Assembly (NCBI GenBank): GCA_041746575.1
Contig: JBGTGT010000116.1
Location: 1 to 64,000, forward strand
Direction: 5' to 3'
Source: Microcystaceae cyanobacterium
GTDB lineage: Bacteria > Cyanobacteriota > Cyanobacteriia > Cyanobacteriales > Microcystaceae
Length of the DNA: 64,000 nt
Shown here: one piece after another, positions 21,544 through 31,398 of the stretch
Layout: every line of letters starts with the position of its first letter
How positions within the stretch are numbered: the first letter of the stretch is position 1
Translations under genes and position numbers: made by a program
The notes under the pieces: generated by a model
Seen by the model: only the letters and a program-made list of their open reading frames with translations
Databases searched by the model: none
Told to the model about the DNA's origin: nothing

Positions 21544-22593
21544 TTAAAATAACATCCAATCTCTAGCAGTGAACCGCTTAAGTTGTTCCAATCGGTGACG
21601 AAAATATCCCATATCTAAACGACAGTAATCATAAAATTGCGTTGCATTTAAACTAATTGCCCATGACCAAATATAGGCGGTTTGAGTTAAGGCCTGCAAA
21701 CAATCCATTTCTAGAGAATCAAGGCTTTGAACGGCTTGGTAGCCCTCAATAAACGCTTCTCGAATACGACGATTTAATCCACTTTGCATTGACACTTGCA
21801 GAAATTTTGCGATATCAAAAATGCGCCATCCATAACCACATTGATCAAAGTCAAATAAGGTTAATTGATTATCGGCGGTAAAATGAACATTACCACTGTG
21901 AGGATCTCCCCAACACACCGACCAATAAGGGGCATGATCAGGCAATTGTTTTAAGGTTTGTTTAATCGTGCTGGCAATTTCTAGTAATTCTGCTAAATCT
22001 TGGCTATGGGGTTGTAAAAATGGAACAATAAACGCTAGAGAGTCATCTAATAAGTAATTAAGGGTTAAAGATTGCCGCTCAAAAGTACAATCAAATTCCT
22101 GAGAAACCCGATGAATATTCGCTAAGGTTTCTCCTAAAAGATGGGATTGTGTGAGGTTTAAATCACCTAAGGCTACCGTTCCCTCCGCGTAGGTAAATAG
22201 GGTTAAATAACGCTTTCCTTCAGGCGCATTAATCTCAATAAAAAGTTGACCTTGTTGCGTTCTAATAGGACAAGCAACAGGTAATTGTTGCTGATACAAG
22301 AAATCCAATAATTCTAATTCAAAAGCAATGTCTGATTGCGATCGCCAATGGTGATGAGAAACCCTTAGAATGTAGGGGTAATGGTCGATATTGACGAGAT
22401 AAGTATCACTTAATCCTCGATGCCAAAATTGACATTGTTTGACCTCTGGGAGCGAATAATGGGTACGCAACATCGCCACTAAGGCCTGGGGGGACAAAAT
22501 AGAATAAACGACTGGAAACATTTCTACATTATCTTCCGTCTCCCTAGAAGGGCTTTGGTTGCTAAAAGAGGACAAAAACGGTAACATTTTCAT
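21544..22593 (-). CDS. APH/type II homoserine kinase-like phosphotransferase
   Basis: CWGDPHSGN and FDFDQCGYG motifs. Confidence 0.88.
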   Translation of the reverse strand: MKMLPFLSSFSNQSPSRETEDNVEMFPVVYSILSPQALVAMLRTHYSLPEVKQCQFWHRGLSDTYLVNIDHYPYILRVSHHHWRSQSDIAFELELLDFLYQQQLPVACPIRTQQGQLFIEINAPEGKRYLTLFTYAEGTVALGDLNLTQSHLLGETLANIHRVSQEFDCTFERQSLTLNYLLDDSLAFIVPFLQPHSQDLAELLEIASTIKQTLKQLPDHAPYWSVCWGDPHSGNVHFTADNQLTLFDFDQCGYGWRIFDIAKFLQVSMQSGLNRRIREAFIEGYQAVQSLDSLEMDCLQALTQTAYIWSWAISLNATQFYDYCRLDMGYFRHRLEQLKRFTARDWMLF

Positions 22594-23192
22594 GTTTTCT
22601 TCCGATTTTTAAGGGAGTTTCTCAGAAAAAGGACATATTTACGGTAGACATTTAATTCACTAATTCGGAAATAGCGAATTGGCGGTTACGGCGCAAGAGT
22701 AAATCATTGAGATCCAGCAATGAGCCATTTAAATACACAACAAATTATTAATCATATTTATTCGTTAAAGTGATTTGTCGTTTTTTTAGGTACACTTTTC
22801 CCTTATAAAAATAAAATAAAGCCAAAAGGCAAGCTTCATCGTATCAAAAACGACAATTTTCAGAAAACAAAACCCTTTTCTCTAAATCAGGATTTCTAAT
22901 TTTTTAGGAAACAACTCATAATAATGGTTTTTATGTCCTTTGCTCTCATGGGCGTTGTTGCTTCTTGCATAAAATCAGTTTTTTCGATTTATCGCTGTAT
23001 TATCTCTCAAAATCTCTAATGATCTTTAATTTAAACCTTTTATCTGCTTTTCTTGACTTCTACAGGGGTCATAAAGGGCTTCATTACTGAGAGCCTTGAG
23101 TTTAAGCAAGTTCTCATCAACGATGAAATCTCCCGCTAGACGTTATCAGTCCGGTCAGAATGATGTCTAAACTGTCAAAGGACGTTTAATCG

Positions 23193-24479
23193 ATGCGATT
23201 TTTTATGATGGGAAATATTTATATTCTGAACTTGTTGGCGATCGGGTTTTTACTGTTACTCGTTACGCTAGGATCTGGTTGGATTTCCCAATGGCCGCTT
23301 TCTTTTACCCTTATCTATCTTGTGGTAGGGATTATATTAGGGCCTTATGGATTTGGACTCATTCAAATCCGACAATCCGAAGAATTTGATGCTCAGCTTT
23401 TAGAAAGAATTACCGAATTTGTCGTGATTGTGTCCGTTTTTACCAGTGGCTTAAAAATTGTTCATTCTTTACGATCGCGGCTTTGGCATATTACGAAGCG
23501 ATTGCTCATTTTTTTGATGCTCATCACGATTTTTGCTCTAGCAGGGGCGGGTAAACTCTTTTTAGGGATGAATTGGGGCGAGGCCATTTTATTAGGGGCA
23601 ATTTTAGCACCGACTGATCCGGTTTTAGCGTCTGAAGTTCAATTAACGAATATCCAAGATGACGACGAATTGCGCTTTGGCTTGACCTCTGAAGGGGGAT
23701 TAAATGATGCTTTAGCGTTTCCTTTTGTTTATTTAGGATTATACGCGCTAAAAGACCCTGATTGGTCAAATTGGTTTTGGACTTGGCTGAAGGTTGACGT
23801 GATCTGGGCCATTGCGACGGGGATTGGCATAGGAATTGTTGTTCCTAAAGTGGTAGTGTGGTGCGATCGCAAAATTCAACAACACCGTCAAGTTGACGAA
23901 TTAATGGAAGATTTTATTGCCCTTAGCCTCATTTTATTGACCTATTCCCTCACAGAATTGGTTAATGGCTATGGTTTTATTGCTGTTTTTGTGGCAGGTT
24001 TAGTAGATCAGCGTAGTTATAAAGATGAAGGCAAACCTTTAGCCCAACTGGCATTTTTAAAACGCATTGAAAAATTATTAGAAGTGGGAACGATTCTGAT
24101 CTTAGGCTCGATTTTATTGTGGCAACCCATGTTGAACTATGCTCATCAATCCCTACTAATTGCCTTTTTACTCTTTATGATCATCCGCCCTGTGGGAGCT
24201 TGGCTGAGTACAATGGGTAAAATTTCGCTCAATTCGCAACGTCGCAAATTGCATTCTAGAACCCGTTTGTTATTGGGTTGGTTTGGTATTCGAGGAGTCG
24301 GATCACTATACTACCTAACCTATGCCTTTAGTCACGGATTGAAAGAAGAACCTGCCGAGCAAATTGCTTGGATAGTTTTGACAACGATTGTTCTTTCAAC
24401 GCTGGTACATGGCATAAGTGCAACGCCCCTAATGAAATGGTATGAAAATTATGACCGTCCTCGCACAAAAGCTGATTGA
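23193..24479 (+). CDS. CPA1 cation:proton antiporter
   Basis: LAPTDPVLA, EGGLND, GWFGIRGVGS and multiple TM helices. Confidence 0.9.
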   Translation: MRFFMMGNIYILNLLAIGFLLLLVTLGSGWISQWPLSFTLIYLVVGIILGPYGFGLIQIRQSEEFDAQLLERITEFVVIVSVFTSGLKIVHSLRSRLWHITKRLLIFLMLITIFALAGAGKLFLGMNWGEAILLGAILAPTDPVLASEVQLTNIQDDDELRFGLTSEGGLNDALAFPFVYLGLYALKDPDWSNWFWTWLKVDVIWAIATGIGIGIVVPKVVVWCDRKIQQHRQVDELMEDFIALSLILLTYSLTELVNGYGFIAVFVAGLVDQRSYKDEGKPLAQLAFLKRIEKLLEVGTILILGSILLWQPMLNYAHQSLLIAFLLFMIIRPVGAWLSTMGKISLNSQRRKLHSRTRLLLGWFGIRGVGSLYYLTYAFSHGLKEEPAEQIAWIVLTTIVLSTLVHGISATPLMKWYENYDRPRTKAD

Positions 24480-24542
24480 AAATCCCTAGACAATTATTCT
24501 ATTTATTCCTTTTTATAGGTTTCCCTGAAGGAAAAAATCTTC

Positions 24543-25259
24543 TTGATGAGGGATTACTTCTACAGGCTGAAGCCGGTAATCTTGAAGGATGTTCAAATTA
24601 CTGAAAAAGCGAGGAAAACGATGGAATCTAGACCTATCAACCGCGACATAGACCGTGTTATGGAACGACCTGTGGCCGTTACCCCTTCTGATTATCATGA
24701 TCGCGTGCGCTGGGGACCCGTTATTTCAGGACTATTTGTGGCTTTGGCAACGCAATTAGTTCTTACCGGATTAGGGGCAGCGATTGGACTTAGCACTATC
24801 GCCAATTCGAGTGCGCCTCGTACGGGTTCAGGTGATGTTGGCTCGGCAGTCGGCATTTGGTCACTGATTAGTTTATTAATTTCTCTGTTTGTAGGTGGTT
24901 GGATTACAGCGAGGGCTTGCGGCCCGATGAATCGTAATACGGCATTACTCAATGGGGCAATTCTGTGGGCAACGACATTGGCGTTGAGTTCTTGGTTGCT
25001 GAGCAGTGGTGTATCTGGGTTGTTTGGCTTAGTCGCCAGTAATGCGGGCGATATCGTCCAACAGGTACAACAGGGTACAGTCGATGTCCCCAATCAAGTC
25101 CCTAACGTAACGGCTCAACAAACACGAGACTTTGCGGGTAATGCTGCTAAAGTGGGTTGGACGTTTGCCTTGGGTTCTCTTTTAGGATTGGCTGCTGCAA
25201 TGATTGGTGCTTCTGTGGGTGTCCGTCGTCACCGAGGAAACAATGTCTATACCGAGTAG
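24543..25259 (+). CDS. hypothetical membrane protein (about 4 TM); start may be the ATG at 24621
   Basis: RVRWGPVISG followed by Gly/Ala-rich TM helices. Confidence 0.7.
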   Translation: MMRDYFYRLKPVILKDVQITEKARKTMESRPINRDIDRVMERPVAVTPSDYHDRVRWGPVISGLFVALATQLVLTGLGAAIGLSTIANSSAPRTGSGDVGSAVGIWSLISLLISLFVGGWITARACGPMNRNTALLNGAILWATTLALSSWLLSSGVSGLFGLVASNAGDIVQQVQQGTVDVPNQVPNVTAQQTRDFAGNAAKVGWTFALGSLLGLAAAMIGASVGVRRHRGNNVYTE

Positions 25260-25525
25260 GGAGCGCATAATCGCGTTTGATACGGAAGAGATTCTCAATG
25301 CGTCAGAGACCACTTGTAAAATTTAGACTATCTGGTCAAGAAAAACGACTTGATATTCACAGCTTAGAAATTGATAGTTTTTGCTTTTTTTCTTGATCAA
25401 TTTGTACCCGTTTTTTTAATCCTTGAAAACGCTACTGAAGCGATCGCTACTAAAGAACGCCTAACTCCCGTCTCATCTTTTAAAGCTTATCTCAATCCCT
25501 CTGGGTTACTATTTAGTTGATGGAA

Positions 25526-26371
25526 TTAGGCTTCTTCTTCTGAATTCAAAGCAGTAAACATCGCTTTCTGTTGAGCGATTTGATACACTTGTTGCAAAAA
25601 TTGCGTAACTAAATTGGCATCTTCATAGGGTAAGGGAATTTGCCCTAGAATATCCAATAAACTTTTCTGTTGAGCGGGTGGCGTAATTACCACTAAATCA
25701 GCATCTAAAGGATGAGTATATCGCCAAAATTCTAGATAATCGGCTTCTGGTGACGGGGATGATGGTGGAGAAGATAAATCTTCATTCGACTCGACGGAAA
25801 AACAAAAATCTGTCAGGGATCTAGGATTTTCCATGGCGATTTTACGGCGTTTTTCTCCTAGCTTTTCGAGGATTTGAACTTTGGTTTGTCCACGCAATTG
25901 AAAAATAATAAAGGGATCTTCACTAAAATAATCTGCCAGTTGATAATAGACAGCCGCAATATGTTTACAGGGATTTGCTTTGTCGGGACAGCTACAACGA
26001 GAACGCACTTCCCCTAAGCGAAAAGGAAATAAGCTTAAGCCACTTTGTTCAAAAACTTTTTCAATATTATCTGGCATCGTTCCTGCCAATAATTGTGCTG
26101 AAAAGATAGCTTTTTCAGACAAAGTTTCTATGACATAATCCCAATCTTCATCGCTAAATTTTTCTAAGCGAATAGACACTTCATAAGGGTCAATTTCACT
26201 GCCTTGAACTTGAGCAAAAGCTTGAGAATCTTTAAAATCAATGTTTAAAACATGACCTTCCCTAGCATAATTTCTGGCTCGTTCGAGTCGCTTTTTAAAA
26301 CGATAAGAATCCAATAATTCTAACCATCTTTCGACCCACCATTCTCGACTTTCTACTTGATAATTGGTCAT
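25526..26371 (-). CDS. SWIM zinc finger protein
   Basis: CSCPD...CKHIAA motif. Confidence 0.9.
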   Translation of the reverse strand: MTNYQVESREWWVERWLELLDSYRFKKRLERARNYAREGHVLNIDFKDSQAFAQVQGSEIDPYEVSIRLEKFSDEDWDYVIETLSEKAIFSAQLLAGTMPDNIEKVFEQSGLSLFPFRLGEVRSRCSCPDKANPCKHIAAVYYQLADYFSEDPFIIFQLRGQTKVQILEKLGEKRRKIAMENPRSLTDFCFSVESNEDLSSPPSSPSPEADYLEFWRYTHPLDADLVVITPPAQQKSLLDILGQIPLPYEDANLVTQFLQQVYQIAQQKAMFTALNSEEEA

Positions 26372-26385
26372 TCGACTTTTCAGAA

Positions 26386-27306
26386 TTACTTTTGAGGGCT
26401 TGTCGTGCTAGGGGGAATTTGTTCACGAGTAATAACAATAACTTCAAAGAAGTTACGTATTCTATCTGGGTCAATCGGCACAATACCATCTTTGCCGAAA
26501 TAACGATTTACCATTTCAGTATAACGGGCATCCCCAGTTAGGTAACCATCCATCATTTTAACAATGGCATAATTCACGGTATGCAGAAAACGGGAATCGC
26601 CTTGGGGAACCATACAAGCAATCCCATGATTATAGTAGGCTTCTTTGGGAATAACCGCATAAGCATCGGGACTTGCTAATGTTTGACGCATTCCTTCTAA
26701 AATAGCAGAATCAAAGGCAAAACCATCAATTTTTCCTGTTTCTACTGCTTGTAATCCCTCTTCAAGAGTGGCAATGGAAACAGGGGTAATATTGGCAGAT
26801 AAAGTATCAATAGAACGTTCTTTAATAAGATTACCAATAAAGCCAATTCTTTTTCCGCGTAATGCTTCTGGATTGGTGATATTACTGTCTTTTTTGACTA
26901 AGACTTTAATGCCCGATACCCCATATCCTAAAGAAAAATCTACGTATTTATCCCGTTCCCACGTAAAAACCGTATCACAAACCAAGTCCAACTTCTTATC
27001 AATAACTTTTTGAATTCGTTCACTGAAGTTTTCGCTGGTATCATAGTCTAGTCGGACACTTCTCCCTAAATCCTCTTCTAACTGTTGACGAATCACTTCT
27101 AGAAGTTCCACCGAGTATCCGGTTAATTCCTGTTTATCATTAACATAAGAAAAGGGAACAATATCCGTTCTCACGCCGACACTTAACACACCTGTTTTTG
27201 AAACCTTTTCCATCACAGTTTCTGCTAACGTTGAAGCGGGGACAGCAAAAATTGCGATTAAGCTGAGAAGACTAGCGGATAACGTTTTTAACATTTTGCG
27301 AGACAC
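26386..27306 (-). CDS. grrP: extracellular solute-binding-like orphan protein, GrrP family
   Basis: Signal peptide and amino-acid SBP fold (FTWERDKYVDFS, GIACMVPQGDS). No permease or ATPase is adjacent, and it is divergent from the Gly-rich precursors. Confidence 0.85.
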   Translation of the reverse strand: MSRKMLKTLSASLLSLIAIFAVPASTLAETVMEKVSKTGVLSVGVRTDIVPFSYVNDKQELTGYSVELLEVIRQQLEEDLGRSVRLDYDTSENFSERIQKVIDKKLDLVCDTVFTWERDKYVDFSLGYGVSGIKVLVKKDSNITNPEALRGKRIGFIGNLIKERSIDTLSANITPVSIATLEEGLQAVETGKIDGFAFDSAILEGMRQTLASPDAYAVIPKEAYYNHGIACMVPQGDSRFLHTVNYAIVKMMDGYLTGDARYTEMVNRYFGKDGIVPIDPDRIRNFFEVIVITREQIPPSTTSPQK

Positions 27307-27443
27307 CTAATCGGATAACATTAGAGATTATTCTAAAGGAGTTTTGCCCCAAACATCACAAAAGTTTGTTTACAATTTGTGTCATTCTCGTCCCTTTTTT
27401 GCTACAGTTCTCAAAGACCTTATGCTGGTGGAGTTAGTATTTC

Positions 27444-27797
27444 ATGGAGATGACCCGAAAAATTTCTTGTGTTGGTTTTCTATTAGCCGTTTCGACGATT
27501 ACTGCTTCTATGAAAGTTAATGCAACCCCTTCACTTCCCCATTTGTCTATAGAATCCCGTTTATCCCGTTTAACTGAAGCCATGCAACAAAGTGGCATTG
27601 AGGCTTCTCACCCCCTTGCTGAAGATAATTTCCTTCTCGGTATTGGTTGGGCTGATGGGAATCACCGAGGTTGGGTTAACACAAACCGGGGGGGATTTGC
27701 CAATCATCAAGGTGGGGGGGGATTTGCTAATCGCAATTGGGGAGACGGTGGCCGCTTCTATAATCATCACGGGGGGGGTGGTTTCCTAAATCGTTAA
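27444..27797 (+). CDS. grrA: GrrA/OscA-family RiPP precursor 1
   Basis: Signal-like N-terminus, leader IESRLSRLT, and a Gly-rich core with WAD, WVN, FAN, FAN, WGD, FYN, FLN. Confidence 0.9.
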   Translation: MEMTRKISCVGFLLAVSTITASMKVNATPSLPHLSIESRLSRLTEAMQQSGIEASHPLAEDNFLLGIGWADGNHRGWVNTNRGGFANHQGGGGFANRNWGDGGRFYNHHGGGGFLNR

Positions 27798-27839
27798 TCT
27801 TAAATTCTTGACAATTACTTAAATATTGGAGACTATTTA

Positions 27840-28235
27840 ATGAATTTGAGCAATAAAATCACTTTTTTAGGAATTCTACTGTCAGTTTCTACTTTAACAA
27901 GCACTTTAGAAGCTCAAGCATCTTCCCAGTCCCCCGATTCTACCATTGAATCCCGTCTTTCTCGACTCACCGAAATCATGAAACAGCGAGGAGTTGACCT
28001 AGACGAAATGAGTCCGTTTATTGAAGATGAATCCCTCCTTAGTGTTTGGGCAAATGGTCGTGGCGGTACTTGGGTTAATACTCGTTTAGGGGGATTTGGC
28101 GATCATAATCGCGGAGGGGGTTTTATTAATCGGAGTCCTTGGCGTGATGGCGGATATCGTCGTTGGGGAGATGGGGGTCGTTTTTATAATCGTGGTCGCT
28201 GGCCGAATGGCAGCGGCTTTCTTAATCGTTGGTAA
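27840..28235 (+). CDS. grrA: GrrA/OscA-family RiPP precursor 2
   Basis: Same leader IESRLSRLT; core with WAN, WVN, FGD, FIN, WRD, WGD, FYN, WPN, FLN. Confidence 0.9.
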   Translation: MNLSNKITFLGILLSVSTLTSTLEAQASSQSPDSTIESRLSRLTEIMKQRGVDLDEMSPFIEDESLLSVWANGRGGTWVNTRLGGFGDHNRGGGFINRSPWRDGGYRRWGDGGRFYNRGRWPNGSGFLNRW

Positions 28236-28317
28236 TCCATCATAATTATTACAATTAGGGATGATTCTCCTGTCTGGTTTTCCCTACCTTAATTCCCCTA
28301 CTCCGTAAATTAATTAG

Positions 28318-29520
28318 ATGAATCAGCAATCTTGTTTAACGCCTTCTTTTAATCCGAATCATAGTCTTGATATTACTGAATTTGGTCCTATTTCTTTAGT
28401 TGTCATTCAACCGACTGCTTATTGCAATCTTAATTGTGATTATTGTTATTTACCCAATCGCCATCTCAAAAACAAACTTTCTTTAGACTTAATTGAACCC
28501 ATTTTTCAAAGAATTTTTACCAGTACTTTTTTGGGAGAATTTATCGATGTTTGTTGGCACGCCGGGGAACCGTTAGCTGTCCCTGTCTCTTTTTATAAAG
28601 ACGCTTTTAAAGAAATTGCAAAAGCGAGCCAAAAGTATAATACCAATAATATTCCCGTTTATCATTCAGTGCAAACCAATGGTATTCTCATTAATCAAGC
28701 TTGGTGTGATTTATTTAAAGATTATCAGATTGCTGTCGGAATCAGTATTGATGGTCCTGCTTTTCTCCATGACCGTCATCGTCAAACCCGTACAGGATTG
28801 GGCAGTCATGATGCTGTGATGCGGGGGATTGATTATTTACATAAAAATGAAATTCCTTTTAATATTATTGCTGTTATTACTGAAGACTCCCTTGATTATC
28901 CTGATGAAATCTTCAATTTTTTCTTAGAAAATGGCATTGATGATGTTGCTTTTAATATGGAAGAAACGGAAGGCATCAATCAATCTTCTTCTTTAGATAA
29001 AGTGGGAATTGAAGAACGTTATACTGCTTTTATTCAACGGTTTTGGCAACTGACTACCGCTAGAGAAGCTCAAATGAGAGTAAGGGAATTTGAGTCGATT
29101 TGTAGCTTAATTTGTGAAGATAAACGACTAGATAAAACCGATATGAATCACCCTTTTATGATTGTCAATATTGACGCACAAGGTAATTTTTCGACTTTCG
29201 ACCCTGAATTATTAGCAATTAAAACTGAACCTTACGGCGATTTTATTTTAGGAAATGTTTTAACCGATAGTTTTGAATCCGTTTGTGATCAGGATAAATT
29301 TAAACAGATTTACCAAGATGTGGCAGAAGGGGTAAATTTATGCCGTCAAACCTGCTCCTATTTTGGCGTTTGTGGAGGAGGAGCAGGTAGTAATAAATAT
29401 TGGGAAAATGGCACATTTCGTTCTACAGAAACCCGCGCCTGTCTTTATCGTGTTAGAACAGTAACCGACAGAGTTTTAATTGAACTAGAAAATGCTTTTG
29501 GGATAATTAACAATGAATAA
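28318..29520 (+). CDS. grrM: cyclophane-forming radical SAM/SPASM peptide maturase, GrrM/OscB family
   Basis: QPTAYCNLNCDYC (CxxxCxxC), WHAGEP, FNMEETEG, FSTFDPEL and the C-terminal CRQTCSYFGVCGGGAGSNKYWENG...C. Confidence 0.92.
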   Translation: MNQQSCLTPSFNPNHSLDITEFGPISLVVIQPTAYCNLNCDYCYLPNRHLKNKLSLDLIEPIFQRIFTSTFLGEFIDVCWHAGEPLAVPVSFYKDAFKEIAKASQKYNTNNIPVYHSVQTNGILINQAWCDLFKDYQIAVGISIDGPAFLHDRHRQTRTGLGSHDAVMRGIDYLHKNEIPFNIIAVITEDSLDYPDEIFNFFLENGIDDVAFNMEETEGINQSSSLDKVGIEERYTAFIQRFWQLTTAREAQMRVREFESICSLICEDKRLDKTDMNHPFMIVNIDAQGNFSTFDPELLAIKTEPYGDFILGNVLTDSFESVCDQDKFKQIYQDVAEGVNLCRQTCSYFGVCGGGAGSNKYWENGTFRSTETRACLYRVRTVTDRVLIELENAFGIINNE

Positions 29521-29698
29521 CGAATCTTTCCTGATTATCTTTTTAAAGACTAGAAGGTATCTGTACAATCAATCTTAAGAGATTGTTTAAGACTTGCGTT
29601 TCGGTAGGTTACGGCGAATAGATAGTTAAATCTCCGCCTAACTCACCCTACCAAAGGGTTTAATCTTTTATTGATAGATACCCTCTAACTATTAACGA

Positions 29699-31183
29699 CT
29701 AGCGGGATTGTAACGCTTTCGCTGCCTCTTCACGGTCGTCAAAGTGAATCTTCTCTGTACCGAGAATCTGATAGTCTTCATGGCCTTTTCCAGCAATTAA
29801 AATCCCATCTCCTGCTTTAGCGTTCATTATCGCTTGATAAATTGCTTGAGCGCGATCGCCATTGACCTGTAAGCTCGCTTCTTCATGAATTCCTGCTAAA
29901 ATATCCTGTAGTATCTGTTCGGGATCTTCAGTACGAGGATTATCAGAAGTGACATAGGTTATGTCTGCTAAATTAGAGGCAATTTTACCCATAATAGGGC
30001 GTTTTGTGCGATCTCTGTCACCCCCACAGCCAAATACACAAATTAAATTTCCCTTAATAAACGGTCGTGCCGCTTTTAAGGCATTCTCTAGACTATCAGG
30101 GGTATGAGCATAATCAACGATAACACTGATATCCTGCTGACCACTGACTTTAACCTGTTCCATACGCCCCGGAACACCCGTAAATTGGGGTAATTGACTT
30201 AAGAATGCTGAAATATCCAATCCTAGATGATGCACCGTTGCAACAGAAGCCAAGACATTTGCTAAATTAAATTGACCCACAAGAGGGGATTCAAAAGGAA
30301 AAATCCCTTGTGGTGTGTTCAGTTTTCCCGCCACCCCATTAAATTGATAGATTAAATCGCGGGTATAAAAATCTGCCTCAGGATTGCTGACGCTATATGA
30401 CCACACTTGAGACTCAACCAAAGCCCCAATTAAACGTTGACTGTAAGCATCATCTAGATTGATAATTGCTCGACCCTTTAAGTATTTTGGGCTAAATAAT
30501 AAGGCTTTTGCCTGAAAATAATCCTCCATACTCTGATGAAAATCAAGGTGATCTTGGGTTAAATTAGTAAACACCGCCACTTCATATTGACATTGTTTGA
30601 CTCGTCCTTGTGCCAACGCGTGGGAACTAACTTCCATCACCCCATACTGATTACCCGCTTTAACTGCTTCTGCAAGGTTTTTCTGTAAATCTGCCGCAAA
30701 AGGCGTGGTATGCAAGGCTGTTTGTTGATATCCTTGCCAACGGGTGTACAATGTTCCGAATAAGGCAGTGGATAACTGAGATTGCCGTAGAAAGAATTCA
30801 ATCAAATGAGTAGTTGTCGTTTTGCCGTTTGTGCCTGTGACCCCAATTAAAGTCAAATTTTGAGCCGGATAGTCGTAAAAAATCGCCGCTATCTCCGCAC
30901 AAGCAGTCACCATATCTTCTAGGACAATCACGCAATCTTTATCTGTCGGAGGACACTGGCTGGCCGCCATCGGACTAATAACTGCTGCAATTGCGCCGGA
31001 TTCTAAGGCACTTGACCAAAATTCGCCCCCATCTACTCTTGTACCCGGCATTCCGATAAAAAGATCCCCTTTTTGGCAAGTGTGGGAATTGGTACAAATT
31101 CCTTTGACTTCTTGATTAAGGGCAGTATGATCGGAAATTTCTGTCAAAATAGCTACTTTTTTGAACAATTCACCCAGTTTCAT
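29699..31183 (-). CDS. murE: UDP-MurNAc-tripeptide (meso-DAP) ligase
   Basis: GVTGTNGKTT, EVSSH, DYAHTPD, DNPR and GKGHE. Likely start MKLGEL at 31183. Confidence 0.96.
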   Translation of the reverse strand: MKLGELFKKVAILTEISDHTALNQEVKGICTNSHTCQKGDLFIGMPGTRVDGGEFWSSALESGAIAAVISPMAASQCPPTDKDCVIVLEDMVTACAEIAAIFYDYPAQNLTLIGVTGTNGKTTTTHLIEFFLRQSQLSTALFGTLYTRWQGYQQTALHTTPFAADLQKNLAEAVKAGNQYGVMEVSSHALAQGRVKQCQYEVAVFTNLTQDHLDFHQSMEDYFQAKALLFSPKYLKGRAIINLDDAYSQRLIGALVESQVWSYSVSNPEADFYTRDLIYQFNGVAGKLNTPQGIFPFESPLVGQFNLANVLASVATVHHLGLDISAFLSQLPQFTGVPGRMEQVKVSGQQDISVIVDYAHTPDSLENALKAARPFIKGNLICVFGCGGDRDRTKRPIMGKIASNLADITYVTSDNPRTEDPEQILQDILAGIHEEASLQVNGDRAQAIYQAIMNAKAGDGILIAGKGHEDYQILGTEKIHFDDREEAAKALQSR

Positions 31184-31398
31184 AAGACCCCTCTTAGAAT
31201 TTTTGTCTATTTTAGTTAGTATAGATTCCCATAGCAAGGCAATTTGTTTCTGAGTTGCGGCTAGATTGTAATTTTAAACCGTTAACAAATATTAAATTAA
31301 GAGATAATTCCCTATTTAGGGTAATTGAATTCACATGCTCCTCAAAATACTCTATCTTCAAGTAAGTTTATGGCAATTTGCCTAAAAATCAACATTTT

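Noticed and set aside
22594..23192. 600-bp AT-rich spacer as a possible sRNA or riboswitch
   Set aside because: I found no convincing structure, terminator or known motif by eye. It is a divergent promoter region, and an Rfam search would be needed to say more.
25526..26371. SWIM zinc finger gene as part of the RiPP system
   Set aside because: It is only 14 bp downstream of grrP, but it belongs to a widespread family with no recognised RiPP role. Adjacency alone is not enough.
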